Positions 24,413-34,164 of a stretch of 34,164 bases of DNA are shown here, piece after piece. Each line of letters opens with the position of its first letter. Position 1 is the stretch's first letter. Source of the DNA: Conidiobolus incongruus B7586 (taxonomy: Eukaryota). Made by a program: the position numbers and the translations under genes. The DNA lies in the NCBI GenBank assembly GCA_000697335.1, contig JNEM01013514.1, positions 1 through 34,164 of the forward strand. Reading direction: 5' to 3'. The notes under the pieces are model-generated. The model was given only the letters and a program-made list of their open reading frames with translations. It was not told the DNA's origin and ran no database searches.

Positions 24413-27265
24413 ATGGGAATTTTTTGCAATTTAAAATAAATAAATATTTTAATATATAATATATAAAAATAAATATATAATATAAATTTAATAGTTTCTT
24501 TTATTATTAATAACTTTTTACTATACTTTTAACAAAGATCTAATATCTAAAAAATAATTCTTTTTATTAAAGACTAAAATTTGATATTTTATAAACTAAT
24601 TAAATTTTCTTGTAGAAATTTTCTTTCTTATAAGCTAGTTTTTTAATTACCTAAAGTAATTATAATTACATAAGTTATAATTTAAAGAATATACTAGATA
24701 TAGTAGTTTTTTCTAATTATTTTTAATTAGAAAATTTTTTACAGGTTTAAATTTATGTATTTTATAATTATTATATAAAATAATAGGTTTTCTTAAATTA
24801 TATTAAAAACACTAATTAAAAATACTTTTGTTTAAAAAAACAATATAAAATTTATTATTAATTAATTTTCTTTTAAAAACTAAATAAAAATAACATATAT
24901 TATTATAATCTATTATAATAATTAATATTTATTTATTAACAAAATATTTATTTAAAAAGATTTGTAGAAAAAGTTAATTTAACTTAATTTAACATTTTAA
25001 TTTATATCTTAGTAAAAAAATATACATAAAAATTTAAGATTCATTAATTATAATTATTTATTATAAAAGTTTAAGCTTCTAGTAATATTTTAATAAGTTT
25101 TATTTAATAATAACTACTCTAACTTTTTTTTAAACTTTAATTAAATTATAAGGTATTTATTTTATATTTTTATTTATTAATTTGAGTTTAAACTTTAATA
25201 AATATATAATACTTATATAACTAATATTAAAGTATTTAGATAATTCTTTAACTAAAATAAAAAGGTGTTTTTTAATATTTTTTTTACTTTATTAATAATT
25301 AAAAAAATAATAGTTAAAGTTAATTTTTTAAATTTTAACAAGTTTTAAATAGTTTTTTTTAGCTTTAAAGTAATTTACCTAGTAATAAATTGTTGATTTA
25401 GATAATACTTTATTATTAAAAGTTACTTATAAATTTTAAATAATTTTAAAGGGTTTATAATTAAGTTTTATTAATACTAAAATAAAAAACTTTTGATGAT
25501 TAATATTTAATTTAAATATAATTAAATTAAATAATTAATTTTAAAAAGTTAATTTTTTAATCAAAAAAATTATTAAATATATATACACTAGCTTACAAAA
25601 GTAAGTTATAAAATTATAATTATATATATTATTATTAATAACTTTATTAATTTTTAATTAAATTAATTTAAATTAAAATATATAATAAACTTATATTATT
25701 TATTTATAATTAAATATATTTAATCTAATTATATTAAATCTTAGTTAATATATTAAAGTTTAAATTTTACCTAAGGTGAGTTATAAATTTACATGTTTTG
25801 GTTATAGAAAGAAAATTAAAATTTAATATATTTACCTTTTACTTTCTTAACTTCTTTAAGTTTATAAGGTATAAAGTCAATTAACTTTTTATATTAAGAA
25901 AAATTAATTTTATTTTAAGCTTCTTAAATATATTCTTAAAGTTTATTTAAATTTTTTAATAGTAGGAAAGCTTTAATTATTTTTTTTAACTAATCCTAAA
26001 GGTGTTTAATTAAATTAAAGTTAGAAGATTAAAAAAACTACTTTATAACTGTTATTTTATTATTTTTAAACTATTTAGTAGTAGAAATAACAGTATAGCA
26101 AAAAACATTATCTTATTAGAAAATAACATTTGATTTATCTAACTTATATTATTCAATAGTTTTTTTTAATTTATTGTTTAGAATATTTTAGTATATTTTA
26201 ACATTAATTCCCCTATCAACTTTACAAAAATACTTTACACTAAAAGATAATATATATCCTTAAACTATATTTAACTTATTATTATATTTTTAGGTTAAAA
26301 TAACATAATGGTTATAAAGTAGTTTTTTGTTTTTTCTGAAACATCTAGCTTTTTTATTAGATTTACTAAAATATATTTTTGTTTCATTAGACTAAATAAC
26401 TTTACTTTAATTAGTTTTAATTTAGCTTTAATGGTGATATTTAAACTCTTACTTAACTTTATAATAAAACTTTTTTAGTTAAGGGTGTTTTTTTTAAAGT
26501 GTAAATAGTATCTATTACAATATAAAATATATATAATAATATTAATATTAATTAATATTCTTATATAATCTTATAATTCTTTCTATACTTCTATAGTAAT
26601 ATTATATTTATCTATATTAACTAACCTATAAATATACCTTTTATTATATTTATTTATAATCCTAATATATTTAAGTTTAGGTTTAAATATATTTTTACTA
26701 TAATTTTTAACAGCTTTAACTATAATAAACTAGTTAACATTAGTAATTCTAGTAATTTTACAAGTTGATTTACTTTTATTATAGAGTTAATTAATACATA
26801 AGGGAATTTTTTTAGAGAGGGATTTAAGTATTTTAATACTAATATTATTTAAAATAATAATTTACAATAATAATATTAGTATAAGTATATATAATTTAAT
26901 AAAAAAAAGATTTAAGTAATTTTTGTTTTATATACCCTTTTAACACTTAAACCCACAAATTTATAACTCACCCTATTTAAAATTTAAGATTTAATATATT
27001 AACCAATAATATATTAAATATAATTAATTATAACCTATTATAATCAGGTAATATACTTTAATTATATACTTTAATTTAAATTAATTTAGTTAAAAATTGT
27101 TTAAGTTACAAGTAAATATATAAGTGATTTTTATTTTATAACTTACTTTTGCAGGCTAGTGTATATATATTTTGAAAATATATAATTTTCTATTAACTTT
27201 GTATATATTTATTTATTTCAACTTAATAATATATTTGGAAAATCAGAAATTAAAAAATTTCCCAT
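24413..27265 (-). mobile_element. Hypermutated mariner (DD34D) DNA transposon, ~1.28 kb without the nested Tc1
   Basis: TA-ATGGGAA(A)TTTTTT...AAAAAATTTCCCAT-TA ends. Undoing transitions on the minus strand gives W(V/I)PH(D/N)L (~25143-25160), IDESWI (~25031-25048), ILHDN (D at 24772-24770) and LPHPAYSPDYNPCDY (D at 24667-24665); D-to-D spacing is exactly 34 codons. Confidence 0.85.
25586..27161 (-). mobile_element. Hypermutated Tc1 (DD34E) transposon with ~230-bp IR/DR-type TIRs, 1576 bp, nested in the mariner
   Basis: TA-CACTAGC(C/T)T(G/A)CAAAAGTAAGTTATAAAA ends; inner DR GTGAGTTATAAAT; restored motifs VIWSDETK, KHGGG..MVWGCM, FQQDNAPCHTA (D 26112-26110), WPxQSPDLNPIEHLW (E 26007-26005); D-to-E spacing 34 codons. 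Confidence 0.9.
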
Positions 27266-27873
27266 TACTTTAAATTTAAAGTAATATCATTCTCAAATGC
27301 ACATGAATAAAATTAAATTTATAAATATATATCATGGGTTTTATCTATTAAATAGTATTATATTCATATTGTTGTTTAATAGCAATAAAAACCAATGGAA
27401 AATGTATTAGTTATAAATGATTAAAAACCAGAACTAAATTTGAAAATTAACTGAGCTTAAATATTTAACAAAATAGTTGGCAATAGAGAATGATTTCACA
27501 TTATCAATTATTAATGACATTGGAAAGTTTATAAATGTTACACTATTGAGCAATATATTTTGAATAATATATTTTCATTCAAGGTATTGAATCCTAATAT
27601 ATAACTTCAATATTTCACATTTAAGAAATAAAAATTAATTATAAAACTGAATGACTACATTATATATATAGTTGAAAGATGAAGAGGTAATATATCAAAT
27701 TAAATCCTGTATTTGAAATTTCTGTATTTTATAATGTATTGCCAAAAACTCTTATAGGATGTAAGCCTATTTAATAACTTGACATAATGTCAAAAATTTA
27801 TAGATCTAGATTAATTTACACTACATATTATTATCGTTTTATATGTTTTTAATTTTATTAACTATTATAGTTA

Positions 27874-29556
27874 ATCTGATAAAAACTATAGATTTAATCA
27901 ATCCACAAAAATAATTTACTCTAAAATCAATTATGAAGACTTGATTTTATGTAATGGATTAATCCATTTATAAAAAAATATCAATGTATTAAATCTAGGT
28001 TATTACATCATTAAACTTTATTAAATTTTATCTGATGAAAACTTTAATGCTATTTTACATAATCAATAAATTGATATTTTATATACAAACCAGAATGATG
28101 ATATTGTTATTTATTGAAAATAGGCTTTATATTAAGAATTTGATGTAATTAAGAAAATTACAAGTTGATATTAATTTTTGATTGGTGATAATAATATTAC
28201 TTTAGTTAATGTTACAAAGCAAATGGCTTATTTTGATAAAAAATAGCAAAGATATGATACACTAACATTGATAACATTAGATTATAAGTACATTAGATTA
28301 ATATCATTGGTTCTTATATCAAACTATTTGTCATTTTAAAAGTTGGAACAAGGTCTTATTTTCATGATATAATTTGAACAAAAATATAATTAATTGAAAT
28401 TCATTTCATTTTATCATTTTAATTGTCATTTTTAAACTTAATCATTAGGTTTTATTAATGCTCAGTATATTTATATTGATACCTATAAAAAATATCTTTT
28501 CCATTATAATTTATCTACACATTATCTTAGATATTTTATTTTTACATTTTAAATTGATTATAATGCTTATTGACATGAAACTAAATTAAATCAGGTATAT
28601 ACGGAATTAGTGATCTATATATTATCAATATAAAATTATCATATGGAGAACTATATTGATTGAATAGAATAATGTTATGCTTTAAATATTAATCACTTGA
28701 TATCATCGCGAGTAAAGATTAATATTTAAAATTCATATTGATCAGTTGATATAGTAGGGTTTTAATCAAAGTTGACAGGATTGCACGCTACTATTCAAGA
28801 TGCTTTATATTATTGTATATGATCAGATTAAATCATTAATCATCCATCAAAAAACATACTTAAGATCAATATGAATGACTAATATTGAGACAGATCATTA
28901 GTCCGAATTTAACTCTACAAAATGCATCTGATAAAATTAAAATTCTCATTTAATTTTAATTTGTAGGTTTAATGATTCTAATATATTTGCTTTATGATTT
29001 ACAAGTTGACGAATAAATATGATAAATCTATATTAGTCATAATTATTCCTATTGGCAATAGTAACTTATATGAGAGTATAGAATTATTTGGAAGAATAGG
29101 GTAAATTTATTTTGAAGAATTTTACTATTTTAGTAAATATAAGGACAAACTTCAAAGTAATTAACGAATCTAACAAGACAATAGTTATCAGATGAAATTA
29201 AATAGGAAATTTGATTGATATAAAATTATCTGATGGATCATTGATTGGCTACATTTGGTCCACTTTTTTATAGATGAATTTACTGAAGGTTATTGGTTGA
29301 ATATAATTGAAGTTTGTTAATTAATACAAATTATCTGATAAAATTTAAATTCATTATTGATCCAATTCTAAATCAGGAAGGTGTAAATTATCAGATTTTT
29401 CTACTTATATAACTCCAGCCAATCAAAACCAATAGATTAGTAATATAATTTTCAAGAGTGGATAAGTTATTCAAAGAATAATTTCTTGGTAAATAAAAAG
29501 AAATTATTTCATCAATATTGAATTGGAGTATAAATAGGGAGGAACAGATCTGATAA
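27874..29556. promoter_or_regulatory. Cluster of 8 ATCWGATAA (SreA/Fep1-type GATA) sites, CCAAT boxes and TATA box upstream of GATA factor 2
   Basis: Sites at 27874, 28028, 28926, 29185, 29226, 29331 (palindromic TTATCTGATAA), 29388, 29548; CCAAT at 29419 and 29429; TATAAATA at 29529. Confidence 0.75.
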
Positions 29557-29597
29557 GAATCAATTCACTCAATTTTCATACTTGTAAATATATTACA

Positions 29598-30461
29598 ATG
29601 CCTTTAGTAAACAAGAACAAGAAGTGCAGTAACTGTGGTACTGACCATACTCCTCTTTGGAGAAGAACTACTCAAGGCGCTACTGTTTGTAATGCCTGTG
29701 GTCTCTACTTACGCTCAAAGAAAGCACCTCGTCCTACTAACGATATTCTCTCTTCCGACCTTGGCTCTAGCGACTTCAGCGAGTCTGGAGACTTTACTTC
29801 TGAATACTCTGGTAACAATAAGCTCTTCACTGATAAGAGCTCCCTCGTATGTAATAACTGCAACACCACCAAAACTCCCTTATGGAGACGCCTTGAGGGT
29901 AAGCTTATTTGCAACGCCTGTGGCCTTTATCATAAACTCCATGGTGTCCACCGCCCCATTTCCCTCGTCAAATCAGTCGTTCTCACTCGCAAGCGTTACT
30001 CTCCTCATTCAGTTGCTCCCATGACTCCGATGAGCCCTCCTATGGAACCCAAGAAATCGTTCCCTAGACTCAAAGTCTGCCGCAATCGTAATCCCACGAT
30101 TGTTTCCCTCCCTCTCATCTCCGAAAATGAAACCACATATTCAGAAACTAAAAAGTCTTATGACCTTCCTCTCTCTCCTCGTGAATCATCTTGCGATGTT
30201 GAAGATCCATGGGCTGAACTCAGATCAAGTGTCCACAGCGCTCTTGCTAACGTATATCAACCAGATCGTGCTCGCTCTTCTCCTGAGCCCGAGCATATTC
30301 CTAACACTCAGAGCACTGCTCACCTCACTCAATACCTTCAACAGTTGCAGAATGTCCTCTCTCAGTCCAAGAAACTCATTGAGAATATTGATCTTAGGAT
30401 TGCTTCATTTGATCAGCCCTCCATTGGCTCTATCGACAGCCTTCTCAATTCATCATATTAA
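29598..30461 (+). CDS. Two-finger GATA transcription factor, SreA/Urbs1/Fep1-like, intronless (287 aa)
   Basis: ZF1 CSNCGTDHTPLWRRTTQGATVCNACGLYLRSKKAPRP; ZF2 [37 protein letters not shown]-terminal coiled-coil-like segment; no Cys-rich linker. Confidence 0.9.
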   Translation: MPLVNKNKKCSNCGTDHTPLWRRTTQGATVCNACGLYLRSKKAPRPTNDILSSDLGSSDFSESGDFTSEYSGNNKLFTDKSSLVCNNCNTTKTPLWRRLEGKLICNACGLYHKLHGVHRPISLVKSVVLTRKRYSPHSVAPMTPMSPPMEPKKSFPRLKVCRNRNPTIVSLPLISENETTYSETKKSYDLPLSPRESSCDVEDPWAELRSSVHSALANVYQPDRARSSPEPEHIPNTQSTAHLTQYLQQLQNVLSQSKKLIENIDLRIASFDQPSIGSIDSLLNSSY

Positions 30462-30640
30462 GAGAGTTTAGGCAATGGCTTTGGTACATTGCGCAATTTG
30501 TGTATAATATTTGTTAATATCAATTTTACAGCTGGCGTAAATTCAATCTATTTTAAAAAATAAATAAATTAACTCAAATTAAACATAATCCTTATTTCCT
30601 ATTATATCTGAAATTATTACTAATACTATTAATAGAATGA

Positions 30641-31635
30641 ATCTGATAAATACTTATTCAACTAAATTCTCAAAATTCTTTATTTAAATTCACATTTAAT
30701 CAGAAATTACACAAAAAAATCATCTTATCTATCTCACCAATTAATTTTTACCAATTTTATATATTATCTATTGAAAACTTGATATTCAAAACATATCCAG
30801 TAAAGTTATCAGATATTAAGAGAAAATAGTTAAAATAATAAAGATTACGTAAGGTTGGCCAAGCTCAGTGTATCTTATCTGCTATTATTTGTTAAAAATA
30901 AAACCCAAAGCATACGACATTGATTTAACTAATATTTATGACTGATTGAAGGTATAAGCAACTTTTAACTAATCTTTCTAATATATTCATAGATAATATT
31001 ATAGCTCTTTGGAAACATAATTTAATTCAGTGTCACACAATTACGTTTCAATATTCAAGTTGCGGTATATTCAAAGTCCCGAACTTTACAATTATATCAC
31101 ATATTTGTTAATAATAAGTAAGAATTAGATTTATCTGATGTTTTATTCACTAAGTTTCCATTAAAACATAAAATAATTTGCTACTTTCCAATTCTCATAA
31201 ATCTATTAAATAATCGAGACAATAGTGAAATAACTTGATAATCAAAGTTTTATAAAATATTCTAAACCACTAAAATTTATTAGAATGGATTGATAAAATT
31301 TTATTATTTAGTAATTAATATATTTTTATTATAATAGAGATAATATTTCTAAAACAATAATTTTAAAATTACTATTTCGTAATTCATATCACTGTTAATT
31401 ATCAATATAATTTATTTTTTTCATTGATCTAATCTAATTCCTAATATAGTATCAATTAAAGATAAACTATAAATATATTATGTGGATATTGATTGACTAT
31501 ATTGCCACAATATAGTTTGATATATTTTGATCTTTCTTAAAATAAATTTAGATTATCTATTAATTTGGAAATTTAACATATGATCAAATTTATATCAGGT
31601 CTTTTCTCTCATATGATTTTGATTTGATCAGATAA
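30641..31635. promoter_or_regulatory. Four ATCWGATAA sites downstream of GATA factor 2
   Basis: Sites at 30641, 30806, 31131, 31627. Confidence 0.6.
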
Positions 31636-32425
31636 AATCAATATTTATTATTTAGCTAATAAGTTTGATTTTGGTAGATGATATTCTAATTATAAGTTAC
31701 TTAAATAGTGTGAATATGACTACCTTAATTATATATATATATAATTGCATGTGAGTGAGATAAATATTTGAAATTTATATTTTATTCAGTTTTAACCCAA
31801 TATAATTAAAATTTATTAAGATAATAATATTAGAAAAATTGAATAGATTTTTGAGTTGATACTGTTAAATAACTTGATTTAATTTTAAAGTTTTCTTAAA
31901 AGTTTTTGATCATTTTAAATCAAAAAATTAGTCAATAATTCCAAATAAATGTATTGAATAATAAAAGCAGCCTGCAATACACCTTGTAATATTTAATAAT
32001 TTTTAATACAAAACTTATATTTTTAATCAATTAGAAGTGATTTATTTTCAAATTATTTTAATAATATCTGATTTATAAATTGAAATTTTAAATAAAACTT
32101 TTTTGAGATAAAAAATAAATATATATTATCAAATTAATTTAATTTTTTATTGTTATTAACTTTTTGCTATATTTTTGATAAACCATAAATATTTAAAATA
32201 TTATAGTTTTTATTAAAAATTTGAATTTAATATTATATATATTAACTAAATTTATTTATCAATAAATTTTTTTATAAGTTGATTTTTTAATTTCTTAAAG
32301 CAATTATAATTATAAAATTATAATTTGATAAATATATTAAATTTGGTAATTTTTTTATTAATTATTAGTGTAAAATTAAGTAATAACACAATTTTGAAAT
32401 TAAATTAATATATTAATAAATAATA

Positions 32426-33987
32426 TTTTAACCTATAAAAGTAAACTATAAAATCAAAAATACTTATATTTTTACCAATAACTTAAATATATAATAAAAT
32501 AAACCTAAATTAAATAATTAAAATCTATTATATTTATTAATAATATATATCATTAAATGATGATATTTAGTTATTATTTGGTTAAAATATAAACCTTTAA
32601 ATTTTTCTTAAGATGAGTTATAAATTTATAAATTTTTGATAATAAAAAAAATTTAAACCTATTATATTTATTTTTAACTTTTTTAACTTCTTTTAGTTTA
32701 TAAGATATAAAGTTAATTAACTTCTAATATTAAAAAAGGTTAATTCTATTCTATGTTTTTTAAATATATTTTTAAAGTTAATTTAAATTTTTTATTAAAA
32801 AGAAAGATTTAATAACTTTTTTTAATTAATCTTAAAGGTGTTTAATTAAATTAAGATTAAAAAATTAAAAAGTTTATTTTATAACTATTATTTTATTATT
32901 TTTAAGTAATTTGGTAGTAAAAGTTATAATATAATAAAAAACATTATTTTATTAGAATTTAATATTAAATTTGTTTAATTTATATTACTCAATAGTTTTT
33001 TTAATTTATTATTTAAAATTTTTTAATATATTTCAATATTAATTCTTTTATTAACTTTATAAAGATACTTTATACTTAATGATAATATATATTCTTAAAC
33101 TATAATTAACCTATTATTGTATTTTTAAATTATAATAACAGGATGGTTATAAAGTAATTTTTTATCTTTTTCAAAATATCTAGCTTTTTTATCAAATTTA
33201 TCAAAATATATCTTTATTTTATTAAATTAAATAACTTTAATCTAATTAATTTTAATTTAACTTTAATATTAATATTTAAACTCTTGTATAACTTTATAGT
33301 AAGATTTTTTTAATTAGTGGTGTTTTTACTTAAAATATAAGGTATATTTATGTTAATATAAAGTATCTATAATAATATCAATATTAATTAATATTCTTGT
33401 ATAACCTTATAATTTTTGTTATATTTCTATAATAATATTATATTTACCTATATTGATTAATCTATAAATATACCTTTCATCATATTTATTTATAATTTTA
33501 AAATACTTAAGTTTTAATTTAAGTGTTTTTTTAATATTATTTTTAATAATTTTAATTATAATAGATTAGCTAATTTTAATAATTCTAATAATTTTATAAA
33601 TTGATTTATTTTTATTATAAAGTTAATTAATATATAAGTTAATTTTTTTATAGAGAAATTTAAGAATTATAAGATTAATTTTAAAATATTAACTTAATAG
33701 TTTTATAATATATATAATATAACAAAAGAAATAGAGGATATATAAGTTTTGTTATTTATACCCCTTTAATTTATAAACCCATAGATTTATAACTCACCTT
33801 GGTTAAATTTTAAGTTTTGATATATTAACTAATAACTAATGAAATATATTCAAATATAGTTAATTATAATCAACTAATATAGGTAAATTATATACTTTAA
33901 TTTAAATATATTTAATTAAGAACTATTTAAGATATAAGTAAATATATAGGTAATTTTAATTTTATGACTTATTTTTGCAAGTTAATA
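32426..33987 (-). mobile_element. Second hypermutated Tc1 (DD34E) copy, 1562 bp, same orientation as 25586-27161
   Basis: Colinear with the first copy; degenerate TIR ends TA-TTTTAACCTATAAAAGT...ACTTATTTTTGCAAGTTAATA-TA; inner DRs at ~32613 and ~33786. Confidence 0.88.
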
Positions 33988-34164
33988 TATATTATTATAA
34001 ATTACTATTAAAGTATATTTATTGAAATTTATGAAAAATCGTTAGAACTTAATATTTTGCTTTATATATTAATAAATGATTATACAAAAGAATTTATATA
34101 ATATTACTTATAATAATTCATTATAAAAACTTTGGTTTTTTATTATATTTTAATAAATTTTTTT

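Noticed and set aside
29635..30471. Alternative-frame and antisense ORFs over GATA factor 2 (likewise over FIG4, GAA1, septin, U2AF1)
   Set aside because: Shadow ORFs explained by codon bias of the real CDS.
1..34164. CRISPR arrays or prokaryotic systems
   Set aside because: Intron-containing eukaryotic genes throughout; no repeat-spacer arrays seen.

Overview
Very AT-rich eukaryotic (fungal) genomic DNA with short (~50-60 nt) GT-AG introns. An early-diverging fungus is my inference from gene style and protein sequences; it is not proven. Nine protein-coding genes: an intronless single-finger GATA factor, RRP45, FIG4, an ANKRD54-like ankyrin protein, GAA1, a CHZ-motif histone chaperone, a Cdc3-like septin, U2AF1 and an intronless SreA/Urbs1/Fep1-like two-finger GATA factor. 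Also two identical tRNA-Gln(UUG) genes in inverted orientation and a solo LTR. Three signals stand out. (1) Three Tc1/mariner DNA transposon relics (a DD34E Tc1 nested in a DD34D mariner, plus a second Tc1 copy) whose transposase motifs can be restored almost entirely by undoing C>T/G>A transitions, i.e. RIP-like repeat hypermutation, while a 338-bp solo LTR and the tRNA duplicates are untouched. (2) A degenerate tRNA fused directly to a box C/D snoRNA matching the snR79 target (18S Cm1007 in yeast numbering) and ending at a T6 run, i.e. a probable Pol III tRNA-snoRNA dicistronic unit. (3) Twelve perfect ATCWGATAA sites clustered on both sides of the SreA-like gene, whose protein lacks the iron-sensing Cys-rich linker.
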